From Trypanosoma brucei (Eukaryota), in the NCBI GenBank assembly GCA_000002445.1, contig CH464491.1, positions 1,088,001 through 1,152,000 on the forward strand: DNA of 64,000 nt. The letters run 5' to 3'. The notes below the pieces were generated by a model. That model saw nothing but the letters and a program-made list of their open reading frames with translations, ran no database searches and was not told where the DNA came from. This document shows, in pieces, positions 20,301 to 30,726 of this stretch; the first letter of the stretch is position 1; the number at the start of each line of letters is the position of its first letter. The translations under genes were made by a program, and so were the position numbers.

Positions 20301-22018
20301 ATTCATCAATGCTCCGCTACGCAAACCGGCGTCTGGACATGTTGGAATGCAAGTTTAACCTCCATGTAGCGCTTACAAACGACGACCAGGAAACCCAAGA
20401 GGGCCACTTAACAGATATGCTGCGTGAGAAGAGTGACATATACAAGTGTGTTAAGGTGGATGTCCACTGCCATATGGCATCAGGGATGACGGCTAAGGAA
20501 CTTCTTAAATTTATCAAAGAGAAGGTTCGCATGAATCGTAACGATGTGGTGGATATCGATAGGAGTACCGGTTTCCCCATCACATTGGGTGAATTGTTCG
20601 CCAAGATACATGCGGAAAAGCTGAGTGGCACCACATTCGATGTGGAGGACCTGACTATTGCCTCGTTGAACGTTAAGGCTGGGAAGGCAACGTTCAACCG
20701 CTTCGACGTGTTCAACGGGCGGTACAGCCCACTGGGACAATCCGCATTACGTTCACTGCTTCTCAAAACAGATAACTTCATTGGTGGACGCTACTTCGCC
20801 GAACTTATTCGTACTGTGTTTGACCGTCAGGCCGCCGACGGCTACAGCTTCTCCGAATACCGTCTTTCTATTTACGGCAGGTGCCATGATGAATGGGACC
20901 GCTTATCTCGGTGGTTCCTCACCCATGATATGCTGCATCCAACAAATCGTTGGATCGTGCAGGTACCACGGCTTTACGGCATATACCGTCAGAACAAGAT
21001 ATTATCATCCTTCGAAGACCTTTTGACCAACATATTTCTTCCCTTATGGCAGGCCTCCATAGACCCCGAAAAACATCCATTCCTTAACTACTTTCTTGCA
21101 CACGTTAGCGGTTTCGACTTGGTGGACAATGAAAGTGAGCGAGAGACTGACTCGCTGATTAATACCTCCCCTTCACAGTGGACCTCCGTGGAGAATCCTC
21201 CATTTATGTACTGGTTGTATTACATGTGGGCTAACATCACTTCGCTGAACCGCTACCGTGCAGCACGAGGGCTAACCACATTTTCGTTGCGCCCACACGC
21301 GGGTGAGAGTGGCGACCCTGGGCACATGGCCGAGGCATTTCTTGTTGCGGATGGTGTTAATCACGGTATCAACCTTAAGGATACTCCGGTGCTGCAATAT
21401 TTGTATTACCTCGGACAAATACCGCTTGGAATCACCCCCCTTTCCAATAACGCCCTATTTTGCAGGTATAACGAGAATCCCTTTGCACTGTTCTTTCGGC
21501 GTGGCCTCAATGTTGCGCTCTCCACCGATGGGGCGCTCATTTTTCATCACACGGAGGAACCGTTGATCGAGGAATACAGCACTGCTGCAAACTACTGGAA
21601 CTTGTCGCAGGTGGATTTGTGCGAGATTGCCAAAAACAGTGTTCTGATGTCCGGCTTTCCTTCGTACCGAAAGAAAAAGTGGCTTGGGGAGTTGTACGCC
21701 CTGCGCAGTGCAGTCGGCAACGATATGCGTTTGACACGTGTGCCGCAATCTCGCTGCACATTCCGGTATGAGGTATACCTGGAAGAACTGAGCTACCTTG
21801 AGGCAGTGGCATCAAAGGAGGTGTCCCCGAGCCAAATCATGACTTGGCAGTTAGAGGGGTTGTATACGATGACTACCTTGGGTCTTACGCGCGATGAAGT
21901 GATGAAGCAACGACTAAAAAACCAAGGTGTCGGTGAATATGCATCGCCGGTGGAGTCTAGGACGAAAGCAACCACTGTTCTTACGGGGCCAATAATAGTA
22001 GCACCCTCTCGGTTGTAG
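17342..22018 (+). CDS. AMPD: AMP deaminase (adenosine/AMP deaminase superfamily) with about 900-aa N-terminal extension
   Basis: The track start at 17321 is TTG, and the ATG is at 17342. The C-terminal about 650 aa carry AMPD hallmarks: VDVHCHMASGMTAKELLKFIK (HxH metal site), SLRPHAGESGDPGHM, and LSTDGALIFHHTEEPLIEEYSTAANYWNLSQVDLCEIAKNSV (compare AMPD [42 protein letters not shown]). Confidence 0.9.
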   Translation: MGQRWHDILIAGDEGDRSFSDAAPFVVEALEIIFHTRLLHSGVGVECDSAELSTIKDDHLAFRVARKDVEALRGMMATLLESAHDSLLTLQAADILPDDSAENAVNPGRSLLSCDRGLVSPRILKLNPFLRSHPTFDYKVFRAKFERLCQIVADARLFSACEPRVKILQSRYRLYRAFNMRREEHFHPTLGPGNLRRAPKTDVRRVGTCMSASSVVDFVQKTVSNEPNLVLSTSSVLSTATDKGRARNPIGRGFTSEVQLAVPQQTFSMPTKDSGTHDSTGERTVTLKALADAFFGPSLPPQDRVFTMEGLGLRLSSSKTTSHTVDILEARNEHHTAANAVPILRQFLDVYSGNGGALLGRLVTPMISRISRNKKDVLEVEFTVTGHRPGEVQHIASWCVRTGFFASGGNWPSLRITMRPSAGDGGECTAKSMEDVLKHIFEPIWLALLCPEKYPDVAQLFRRLVSVSVLVSGEAGVQEMPTEGDPAMYSVEKGDMPPSSFFIYHVWRNVQLLNCFIATHVVSSLSAKEPPTSTTEDVKVEFGNSTAHPSHVQRPLFQRYEPLKRQPLRFRLYTSGTRKKTFVETVIGLLVTDQVVGPLEVLAWSSLTYFYYLTQRSIVVTPYHTYDSTPYSMLKRAIPFAVETGLRVSVSTIDPLYFHTNEEALNEELNGIMKIHQVSTPEVMEICLNSAGYINFDIEKRCKFIGGPWRRVSAQNNNFTVTQVNSLRLRFRELSLTHEMDLLFRKGLTKWGGHSESKRLSEDFLVHGGWSLLATGSSASTSAERRRENLWRFFDIPPLPEKVSGAMTMPGSGRRLFVDKLIKFPRIVVLGPRGRKRSEARCVVEALQRREYYKAFTVHYELAAPLASLAGTAGVEALLASQRSSRSSGRGFTSTEKWREHHDKGEQTQQPSTRASGNISSSIRSFSSPVVREQGVTVPTTFCFRDGVRDVVVPANANATTKEYFRPLPSWAKFQADARQLRALSSDSSMLRYANRRLDMLECKFNLHVALTNDDQETQEGHLTDMLREKSDIYKCVKVDVHCHMASGMTAKELLKFIKEKVRMNRNDVVDIDRSTGFPITLGELFAKIHAEKLSGTTFDVEDLTIASLNVKAGKATFNRFDVFNGRYSPLGQSALRSLLLKTDNFIGGRYFAELIRTVFDRQAADGYSFSEYRLSIYGRCHDEWDRLSRWFLTHDMLHPTNRWIVQVPRLYGIYRQNKILSSFEDLLTNIFLPLWQASIDPEKHPFLNYFLAHVSGFDLVDNESERETDSLINTSPSQWTSVENPPFMYWLYYMWANITSLNRYRAARGLTTFSLRPHAGESGDPGHMAEAFLVADGVNHGINLKDTPVLQYLYYLGQIPLGITPLSNNALFCRYNENPFALFFRRGLNVALSTDGALIFHHTEEPLIEEYSTAANYWNLSQVDLCEIAKNSVLMSGFPSYRKKKWLGELYALRSAVGNDMRLTRVPQSRCTFRYEVYLEELSYLEAVASKEVSPSQIMTWQLEGLYTMTTLGLTRDEVMKQRLKNQGVGEYASPVESRTKATTVLTGPIIVAPSRL

Positions 22019-23149
22019 TGTGCTTCTTTTGTTGTCCCCGTCGTTGTCGCTTCTGGTTATGTTTTTTGAGGGTCTTTATTTTTGTTTCATCCTTTTTTTG
22101 TTTTCATGCCATTCTCTTGGCGTAGCTGTTGCTTAACTAAGTGCGGCGATGTGCTTACTGGGAAGGTGATGTGGAAGAGGAAGAAGGATGTGCTGCGGAA
22201 GACAAGTGGGTTAAACGAACGCATGATATTCTTCTTCCTCTTCCCTCTTGTCAAGTGCATCCGTCGGGGAGGAGAATACGGGAAGGGAGATCTGGTGAGC
22301 GAACACAACCAAAATATGCATGCGCATATATATATACACACAAAACAAAAACAAATAACCACGCCCTTACTCATGGGAGCAATTTATTACAACCCTTTTT
22401 GACTTTCCTGCTCGCGGAGTGCGGACGACAGGGAGAAGACTTGGATCGCCGTTTTTCCTTTTTTTTTTTTGTGTGTACAGGTGCGTCGCACAAGCTGATG
22501 TTCGAATCTAACTGCGCAGTGGTATGACAGGCGGAAAGCTGGGTGATTCATTTCCCCTCAGCGCTCCGTCCATTTTTCTTTTCCTTTTGTTTGCGGTCAT
22601 GCGTGCATATATATGTACACGCGTGCGATGGTGCTCAGTCGTCTCCTCTTTTCATCGAATGAGCATTTCTTCGTCTCAAGGGTGAAATGGGCGCAGACAG
22701 ATGGTTATCCCACTGCTTCGTTTTAATTTATTGTAAAAAGGGAATTTTTATTAATCGTTATTGCCCTTATTTGGACTTTCGATTTTCCTTTCCCGAAGTA
22801 CGTTTGTGAAAATGGCTTTTTTTTTTGGTAATTAACTGCTTACAAGTGCGTGTTTTGCATAAAGAATTGAATCTTCGTTGGTGAGGTGTGTGTGTGTCGA
22901 AACATAAGCGTTTGTATGCAGTGCATGCGTTTGTGATAATAATCGGTATTTTTGTGTGTTTACCGCTGTGATGTTTGTGGCCTACATTCATTTTTTTCCC
23001 TTCATGTTTGTTCTTTATTTATTTTAACCGCGTTATGGCGAGCTCGACTTGTTGAGATAGGTGAGGAATGGGCGATGGACTAAACCGGTAGTCAAAAGTT
23101 GACCATTATTTTCCCTGCACAGTGTTGAAACCGCTGCTGCAACTCTTTT

Positions 23150-23425
23150 GTTTACTTTTCTCCTCTCCCCCAACTCCCCCCCACACACGTATGTTTTTTT
23201 TTGTTTGTTTTGTCTTGTTTTTGTTTTCTACCCTCCTGTGGTGCCCGCTTTTCCCGAGTTCTGTTTCTCTCCTTTTTTTTCTCTCTTACTTTTTCCACCG
23301 CTTTCTTGCTTTCCTTTCATTTTGTTTGTTTCCTGACTTCCCCATTTTTTTTTTTTTTACTCACGTGCCAACCCGACACACTCAACACGCACGGCATTTG
23401 GTTTTGTTCTTGCGTCTGTTTAGTA
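23150..23425 (+). promoter_or_regulatory. Extended CT-rich polypyrimidine region with candidate SL-addition AG sites upstream of the 23658 gene
   Basis: About 270 nt are almost entirely C/T (ctctcctttttttttctctcttactttttccaccgctttcttgc...), with T16 at about 23345-23360 and AG dinucleotides following. Confidence 0.5.
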
Positions 23426-23587
23426 ACCTTTTGAGCCGGAAGTTGTAGTACGTATCGAAAAGCGTAAGTAAGCGAAAGATACGAAGCACGGGAAAGAAAT
23501 TTGTCGGAGGTACGCAGGGTGCGGTTTGCGGTCGAAAATTACCGACTGACTGTAACAATAACAGCAGCGGTGGTAAAAAAATAAAAA

Positions 23588-23607
23588 ATAATAATAATAA
23601 TAATAAT
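23588..23607. repeat. (ATA)n microsatellite
   Basis: The sequence reads ataataataataataataat. Confidence 0.85.
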
Positions 23608-23657
23608 AGTAGCGAGAGGAAAAGATAAGAAAAGAGAGGAAATCTAGGGGAGGGAAT

Positions 23658-25013
23658 ATGAGGTGGCCACGCGGGACAGTCGCGCTTCACCCCGCTGGTT
23701 TACTTGGGTGCAACTTTGTATCATCGGCGCGGCGCCTTTTGTACTGTTCCTCGGTTCCATTCTCGCTTTACCGCAGCACGCATGGAAGTATGAAGTCGGT
23801 CGCTGCTCAACTAAAGTCCGATTGGGTGTTTATTCGCCGCAGACGAATGGAATCGCCCCCACCCGACCGAACAGAAGGTGAGCAGGCAGTCAGCGCGGAG
23901 GGTGATGACTCCAACGACAATAATAATGCAGCCATGAAGTGTTTTGATCATTGGTCTAGCGATATGAATGGGTGCACTGCCGAGGAGTTTCTGCAGGGCG
24001 CCAAGCAATCGTACCGCAGCCTTGGCGTATTGCTTGAAACCCTTAGGGAGGCTGCTTCGCACAATGGACCGACTGGAAGGCCTGTCGCACGTGAGGTAGC
24101 ACTTGCCAAACTACAGGGTTTACTGTTGAAAAACTATAGTGTGAAGGAAGATATAGTGGGTGAGGCAGTTATTTCTTCGGAGAAGGGATCCGCAAAGGGC
24201 ACAGATGCTTTTCACAAAACAGTTAGCAAGGCACTGAAACAAGTATTACCCCTCTCGCAGGGTCTCTCCGAGCATCTCTCCGAAATGTGGGATAAACAGC
24301 GGACTTTAGATTTCAATATTTTTGATATAGCCGCACCTGATGATTATGTTATCGACGCGGATATGAAACTTTTCAATCCGTTTCTCGTGAAATCCTCTGA
24401 TGATTTGCTGGAATACGCTGCATGGAAAAAAAATGGGGAGGAGTGTCCGAAACCCGTATCGGTTGATGCAACAACTGGAGGTGCCTGCTCCTCCCCTCCA
24501 TTGAAATGTTCGTTCTCCTCTGGAAAGTTTGATCCCGAGAAGGTGGGCGAGCGGGAAACGTGGAGCATTGGGTGTTTACAACGAGTGCTCAAACCAGCCC
24601 CCAAACTCATGCCGATTGCATTTGTTTCACTGGACGTGGTGATGCCCCCACAACGTTACTGTGAAGCCTTCGACTGGTTTTACCAACGCACATGCGGCTA
24701 CTCAAGTGAGTACGAGCGTGTAGAGGCCGCAAGGTTGTACACCAGTCCGAGCTTCTTTTTGGGCATATTTCGTCAGTGTTTGTTTTTGGTGGACTTCGTT
24801 AAGCGAATGTTTGTTGGTCGGCCGCTACAGTTGGACTGCACTCGACTGGTGCAGAAGCTGCATGGCAATTCTGTCGATATTAGACGCAGTCCCCCGGCTG
24901 TACGGAAGTTACTTTGCTTTTACATGGAAGGGGACGGACGCTGGACGCTCTTTGACGTGTTTATCCTTGAGCGCGTTTTGGTTCCGGTCTCCCCGACGGC
25001 TTCAAGCAAATAA
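23658..25013 (+). CDS. Hypothetical protein
   Basis: ATG at 23658 verified. The ORF is 451 aa. An alternative downstream start (MKSVAAQ at about 23790) is possible. No recognisable domain. Confidence 0.45.
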   Translation: MRWPRGTVALHPAGLLGCNFVSSARRLLYCSSVPFSLYRSTHGSMKSVAAQLKSDWVFIRRRRMESPPPDRTEGEQAVSAEGDDSNDNNNAAMKCFDHWSSDMNGCTAEEFLQGAKQSYRSLGVLLETLREAASHNGPTGRPVAREVALAKLQGLLLKNYSVKEDIVGEAVISSEKGSAKGTDAFHKTVSKALKQVLPLSQGLSEHLSEMWDKQRTLDFNIFDIAAPDDYVIDADMKLFNPFLVKSSDDLLEYAAWKKNGEECPKPVSVDATTGGACSSPPLKCSFSSGKFDPEKVGERETWSIGCLQRVLKPAPKLMPIAFVSLDVVMPPQRYCEAFDWFYQRTCGYSSEYERVEAARLYTSPSFFLGIFRQCLFLVDFVKRMFVGRPLQLDCTRLVQKLHGNSVDIRRSPPAVRKLLCFYMEGDGRWTLFDVFILERVLVPVSPTASSK

Positions 25014-25096
25014 CTTCGGGTGTACGCGTATTTGTGTAAGGTGGAAATGGCATCTCCCCCGCCATTTCTAAGCGGTGCGATAAATATCTGTATATC

Positions 25097-25099
<3 letters not shown>

Positions 25100-25134
<35 letters not shown>
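25100..25134. repeat. (TA)n microsatellite, about 17 units
   Basis: Perfect alternating ta run. Confidence 0.95.
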
Positions 25135-25138
<4 letters not shown>

Positions 25139-26580
25139 GTTATGAGCATCCTTACATTTGAAATCCTTCCGAAAAACAGACGTATATATATACCGTAGTG
25201 CGCGTTTTTATTGCATGGTGGGCGACGCTGATGACGGCAGTGAGAACAACGTTATTGTTTGTGAAAATGTTTTTTAAAGCAATTATTATTCTTTCTCTTC
25301 GTACAGGTATTACCTGCTTTATTTGTATGGCGGAAGAGTAGCAACCGAGGGAGTCGTTAACAAAAAAAAGTGATGTGGAAATGAAAAAAGATTACGTTAA
25401 AAATGAGGGAGGCGAATCAGTGTTACGAATTCTAAGGGATGTCACATATGCGTGTATGTGTTTGTTGTGTGCTCACAAAACTGAAGCGGATCGGTGAGAG
25501 ATGATGGGGTGTGAAATGAACATAAAGGGGAGGTTGAATGGGTTGCAGGAGTGAATGGTGTCGGTGAATAAATAAAAATTCCGAGGTTTTAAAGATCAAG
25601 TTCCATTTTTTCCCAAGGGACGACGATTGTGGCTTCACATGGCAATGCATATATTCCGTGATGTTGGTTCTTAGTTTCCCTTGAGGGGGTTTGTTCTTAA
25701 TTTTCTTGCGTCTTATTCTTTGTTTCGAAAACCTCATAACTCGCAGTGAACGAGCAAATTGGGAGGTTGTTTCTCTTTTCTTTACTCTCCGACCACTTGT
25801 TATGCCGTCCACCTTCGGTTTATTTTCTTTAAAAAGGGAGTTCACATGAGAGAAGAACACTAGCCGGCCGCTCATCAGGTTGACTACGGGATGCCTTGAC
25901 TTTATTATTATTATTATCATTTTGTCCATAAACTCTTGCTTTCACCGTGAACGTGAAGTGATCTGATCTTTTAATTGCTTCACACCAAACCCCCTAATTT
26001 TCTTCTTCCTCCCGCCCGCTCTGATACGACACCGTGTAATTATATCCTGAGCCTGATTTTTACTCTTAACGTCCTTTTTTGTGCCATTTATTTTTCTTGA
26101 ATATACGTTTCCCCGAGGAAGCTTTCTGCACTACTGTTTTTTGTACAAGCAATACATGTATATAAATATGTATATTTTTCCTCCCACCTTTTTCTTTAAT
26201 TTCTTTGCCGAACCTGTACACACGCAAACAATAAATATAAACCGATTACATGCTTTAACGAGTAGAGATCCGTTACGTATTATCACTTCGGATCAGTTCA
26301 CTCCCATATTAGGTGTGAATATATCACACACCTCACCTTCTTTATATAGCTTCCTTGCATAGAACTGCCCTTGTATTGTGTATTAGACCAACACGGGATA
26401 TAATTTCTACGAGATTGGTAAGGTCAATCAGTGGCTAAGTGGAGAAGCAGTGAAAATACAAAGGGGATTTGAATCATAGCTCATTTATTTGTTTTTTCCT
26501 CTTTTCTGGTTCTACCGACCGTCGTAGAAGAGTGTAACGGTATATATATTAATATATCTTTCACTCCTCTCTCTTGCTCG

Positions 26581-26655
26581 TTGTTTTTTTTTTGATTCCG
26601 CTTGAGCGTGCGCACCATACGAGAGGGAGGAACAGACGGTTTTTTTTTTTGGGAT
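26581..26655 (+). promoter_or_regulatory. T-rich tract / candidate splice acceptor immediately 5' of the katanin-like CDS
   Basis: The sequence ttgttttttttttgattccg ... ggtttttttttttgggat precedes ATG 26656. Confidence 0.45.
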
Positions 26656-28359
26656 ATGAGTAAAAAGGGTAACATTCGCCTTCAGCCGCTCTCTAATGAT
26701 CCAGAAGGCGCCCCAGGCTCATCGCTCCAGCAGATAAAGGTGCAACAGAAAGCTCGCGAGGATAATGAAAAGATACGACTGAAGCGTGTGAAGGGTGCTA
26801 TCGTACTTATTTCACAATTTCTTCTGGACCAGGGATACGTGGGTTCGCTGCAGATGCTTCAGCAGGAAAGCGGTTTGTCGCTTCAAAAGTTCTCACCAGC
26901 CGATAATATAGATCTCCTCTCCATTATTATGGAATATGAGCAGTATTTTGAATTCCGTTTCAATCGCCGCCCCAAACTGTTTCGAGCCAATGAAGGGGTG
27001 GAAGAGGGTTGTGTAGATGTTCCATCCGGTGGCGAACGCATGGCCGTGCGACGGCGAGGTAATGAGCAACTCGGTGGAAGGCCGAAGCCGCAACCTCTCA
27101 GAGCAAATGGTGGGCCCATAACTTATGGCAATGCCGCCTCTGTGGGTGAAGCACCTCAAAGCACTGCGCAAGAGTTAAAGCGACCAGGTCCTGGTGCACA
27201 GTGTCTCGCCCGTGGTTTGGTATTGGCTCATAAGGCATCTCCTCCATTGGGTCCATCGCCAAGTTCACCACCGGGGTCTAATGCGAGGCGGCCGGTAGTA
27301 ACGGAGTGTCCTTTCGGGTTGGCGGGCATGCGTGTGGAGGCGGCACCGGAGTTTAGTGGGGATGCGGCTGCATGTAGGTCTGACGATGATGGTTTCTTCG
27401 GTCGAGCGCTGAAGCCGCTGCCGCGGTTTCCAACGGTGGAACTACAGGAACTTGCCATGACAATACAACGTGACATCCTCGACAGTAACCCCAATGTGCG
27501 ATGGGGTAGTATAGCGGCGCTAGATGAGGTGAAACGTCTTCTAAAGGAGGCTGTAGTAATGCCCGTCAAATATCCAGAACTGTTTGCGGGTATTGTGCGC
27601 CCATGGAAAGGTATTCTTCTTTTCGGACCTCCTGGAACAGGCAAAACACTTCTTGCGAAGGCTGTGGCGACGGAGTGTCGTACCACATTTTTTAATATTT
27701 CCGCATCTAGTGTTGTGTCCAAGTGGCGTGGCGATAGTGAGAAGTTAGTGCGTTTGTTGTTTGACATAGCTGTTCATTATGCGCCTAGCACTATATTTAT
27801 AGATGAGATCGATTCCCTCATGTCAGCGCGCGGCGGTGAAGGGACGCATGAAGGGTCGAGACGCATGAAGACAGAGTTGTTGATACAAATGGATGGCTTG
27901 TCAAAACGGCGCGGTGGCGAGGTAGTGTTTGTTCTTGCTGCAAGTAACACTCCGTGGGATCTTGATAGTGCAATGTTGCGTCGCTTAGAGAAACGTATTC
28001 TTGTTGGTCTTCCAACGCATGAAGCACGGGCGACAATGTTTCGGCAGATTCTTACTGCATCGGCGGCATCGGCAGATATTGACTGGAATGCATGCGCCGC
28101 GGCTACGGATGGTATGTCAGGCGCTGATATTGATGTCATCTGCCGTGAGGCAATGATGCGGCCCATTCGACTCATGATTGAGAAGTTAGAGGGTGCCGGG
28201 AGTCCATCCGACCTGAAATCAGGTGTAGTTCAACGACCAGTGATCACCATGCAGGATATTATGGCTAGCGTGGCATGTACGCAGAGCAGCGTGCAGCAGT
28301 CGGATTTAAGTAAGTTTGAGGCCTGGGCGCGCAAGTATGGCTCCGGAGCGTCGTCATAA
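26656..28359 (+). CDS. Katanin p60-like meiotic-clade AAA ATPase with N-terminal LisH motif (KATNAL2-like)
   Basis: The track start at 26602 is TTG, and the ATG is at 26656, directly after a T-rich tract. The LisH-like motif is AIVLISQFLLDQGYVGSLQMLQQESGL. Walker A is ILLFGPPGTGKTLLAKAVATE and Walker B is TIFIDEIDSL. The C-terminal helix is typical of the katanin/spastin/fidgetin/VPS4 clade. Confidence 0.85.
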   Translation: MSKKGNIRLQPLSNDPEGAPGSSLQQIKVQQKAREDNEKIRLKRVKGAIVLISQFLLDQGYVGSLQMLQQESGLSLQKFSPADNIDLLSIIMEYEQYFEFRFNRRPKLFRANEGVEEGCVDVPSGGERMAVRRRGNEQLGGRPKPQPLRANGGPITYGNAASVGEAPQSTAQELKRPGPGAQCLARGLVLAHKASPPLGPSPSSPPGSNARRPVVTECPFGLAGMRVEAAPEFSGDAAACRSDDDGFFGRALKPLPRFPTVELQELAMTIQRDILDSNPNVRWGSIAALDEVKRLLKEAVVMPVKYPELFAGIVRPWKGILLFGPPGTGKTLLAKAVATECRTTFFNISASSVVSKWRGDSEKLVRLLFDIAVHYAPSTIFIDEIDSLMSARGGEGTHEGSRRMKTELLIQMDGLSKRRGGEVVFVLAASNTPWDLDSAMLRRLEKRILVGLPTHEARATMFRQILTASAASADIDWNACAAATDGMSGADIDVICREAMMRPIRLMIEKLEGAGSPSDLKSGVVQRPVITMQDIMASVACTQSSVQQSDLSKFEAWARKYGSGASS

Positions 28360-28678
28360 TTTCAGTATTTTATTTGCATGCCTCTCCTCTTCACCCTTCA
28401 TCTTCCCTAATTGTTGCTGTTGCGATGCGTGGTCAATCACCTGGTGCAGTAAACACGCGCCATTCCCAGGATTGTGGCGACAGAAAGGCCCGTGTACGGG
28501 GGTTGATTTCGATTTCTTTGTTTTTCTGTTGTGTGGATCGTGTAGCTGGCAATGCCTGTGATCTTCTTGTGCGCGTCTTCTGTTGTCACTGCTCACGCAC
28601 AGGTTGGCGTTGGGCTTTTTTCCCCGCTTGAATGTGCCGTTATTTTTCTTTTTACCCCCTATTCTTTCTTCTACATTA

Positions 28679-28691
28679 CCCCCCCCCCCCC
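28679..28691. repeat. C13 homopolymer
   Basis: A poly-C run in the spacer 3' of the katanin-like gene. Confidence 0.85.
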
Positions 28692-29424
28692 ATGTTACTT
28701 GATCGTTTTGTTATATGTGCTGTTGTTTGCAGGCACTTTTGTTGCTTTTGCGAAGCACTCGTTAGGTATAAATATATACATTTAGGGACTACGCATTCTT
28801 TTTGCGACCACTCGAGGGAGCTGTTTTATCTCCCTCTCTCCTCTATTACATTATGTTATTACCGATGGTATTGTTACGGTAAGTTGTTGCTCCCCCCTTT
28901 TTTTTCATGTGCATCTTTCATTGATATGGCACGTTTAAATTCTCTAGTCCTGTGTCGTTGTGGTTGTGGTTGTGGTTTTCTTTCCTTATCTTTTTACTCC
29001 TAAGTGAAAAACGTCTTTTAGCACCTTCATGCGTGTGGGGAAGAGCAGAATCGACTTACCAGTTTTCTCTTCTGCAGTGGTATTTTCTTCACTTTTTGTT
29101 GAAAATTCGAATTATGGTGGGCGTCATCTTTGGAATTAGCGTCTATGATTTCGTCGTCTTTTTTCGGTCACATTGCTCCGTTTCTCGTTCTTCTTTTCAC
29201 GGACTTTCCTCGTATTATCCTCTTCTCTCTTCTCTTGCAACTACTTAATTATTTACTTACTGAAAGTCAGTTAGACACCTGAGAGTGACAAGTTACCGCC
29301 TCGCCAAAAATCATACGTGCAGGGCAAACACTAAACTAGATAATTACTATTACAATTACAATTACCATTTCCTTTTTCGTTATTATTGTTGGGATTACTC
29401 TGTACTCCTTCACCTTTACCTCAA

Positions 29425-30726
29425 ATGGTTTGCAGCACGGAGCGAGCTCCTGTTGTTATTTTAGACGGCGGCTCGCACCACCTCCGCGCCGGTTATGCCA
29501 GTGACGGAGCGCCCCGTTTGGACATCCCCGCACTTGTCGGCCACCCACGTAACCGCGGTGTTGCGGTGGCAGCAGGAATGAATGAATACGAAATTGGCGA
29601 CGTTGCCCTCGCCAAACGCGGGATGTTAACAGTTAGTAGTCCCATCGAGAGTGGCAGGGTGGTAAGTTGGGAAAATATGGAGAAACTGTGGGGCCACGTC
29701 ATGTATTCTGAACTGCGTGTGAGGCCGGAGAGCCATTGTTTTATTGTCCCGCAGTCTGTTAACACACCTGCTTCACAAAAGGAGAAAACACTGGAACTTA
29801 TGATGGAGACATTCCATGTGCATTCGCTCTTCCTGGGCGCATCACAGGTTCTTAGCTTGTATAGCTATGGTCTTACGACAGGGCTGGTGATTGACAGCGG
29901 CAAAGACCGCACAATGGCTGTACCGGTGCATGAGGGTTATGCCCTCGGCCGACACGTAGCGGAGAGTGATGTTGCGGGGGAGAAATTGACAGAGTATTTT
30001 GCTTCACTGCTCCGTCTTGAGGGTTACAGCTTTGGTACACCAATGGAAATGCAAGTGCTCAACAATGCTAAGGAGGATCTCTGTTATGTCAAGCCCCCTA
30101 TATTCAACATGACTGGACCCAGCGCATTCTTTTCCCCATCAGAGTTTCCTGGCGAATGCGACTATGATCTCTCACTTGAAGGCGCGCCTGGCGAAGGGTT
30201 TGAGGATGGTAGAGAGGATCACTCGTCGGATGAAAGAGTTTTTTATCTTCCGGATGGTAATGCCATTCCTATATCAACCCATCGCAGTTTGACGACAGAG
30301 GCTCTCTTCGATTTTGGTATTTTGGGTAGCCAGTACGTACCCAAGTCACGCTACATGACAGAGTTGGGGGAAATATTCCAACCATCGTTTCCCATGGGTG
30401 TTAGTTGGCTCGCATTTGCTGCTATCAACAACTGTCAGCCGGTTATTCGAGCGCAGCTTTATGCTAGTATTGTCCTCTCCGGTGGAAATGTCTCGTTTCC
30501 CGGCACAAGGGAAAGAATAGAAACAGAAGTAACACAGCTCTACAGGGAAACCCACACCAGCGAGGCGGTGACACCCATAGCAGTTAATGATATTCCCTGT
30601 CGCGTGTACAGTGCATGGGTTGGTGGTTCGATGCTCGCAGGCACTTCCATGTTCCCGCATCTTGCTGTCTCACGGCAAGAATATGAAGAACAAGGACACC
30701 GCGTTGTGCACTGCAAGTGCCAGTAG
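29425..30726 (+). CDS. Actin-like / actin-related protein (ARP)
   Basis: The track start at 29386 is TTG, and the ATG is at 29425. The N-terminus APVVILDGGSHHLRAGYASDGAPRLDIP parallels actin [26 protein letters not shown]. The actin fold is followed throughout, with an acidic insertion (EGAPGEGFEDGREDHSSDE). Confidence 0.8.
   Translation: MVCSTERAPVVILDGGSHHLRAGYASDGAPRLDIPALVGHPRNRGVAVAAGMNEYEIGDVALAKRGMLTVSSPIESGRVVSWENMEKLWGHVMYSELRVRPESHCFIVPQSVNTPASQKEKTLELMMETFHVHSLFLGASQVLSLYSYGLTTGLVIDSGKDRTMAVPVHEGYALGRHVAESDVAGEKLTEYFASLLRLEGYSFGTPMEMQVLNNAKEDLCYVKPPIFNMTGPSAFFSPSEFPGECDYDLSLEGAPGEGFEDGREDHSSDERVFYLPDGNAIPISTHRSLTTEALFDFGILGSQYVPKSRYMTELGEIFQPSFPMGVSWLAFAAINNCQPVIRAQLYASIVLSGGNVSFPGTRERIETEVTQLYRETHTSEAVTPIAVNDIPCRVYSAWVGGSMLAGTSMFPHLAVSRQEYEEQGHRVVHCKCQ

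Noticed and set aside
22495-22510. tRNA-like T-loop motif (gatgTTCGAATCtaac)
   Set aside because: The flanking bases cannot form a 5-bp T-stem (only G-C closes). No acceptor or anticodon arms could be built. I found no tRNA elsewhere in the window either.
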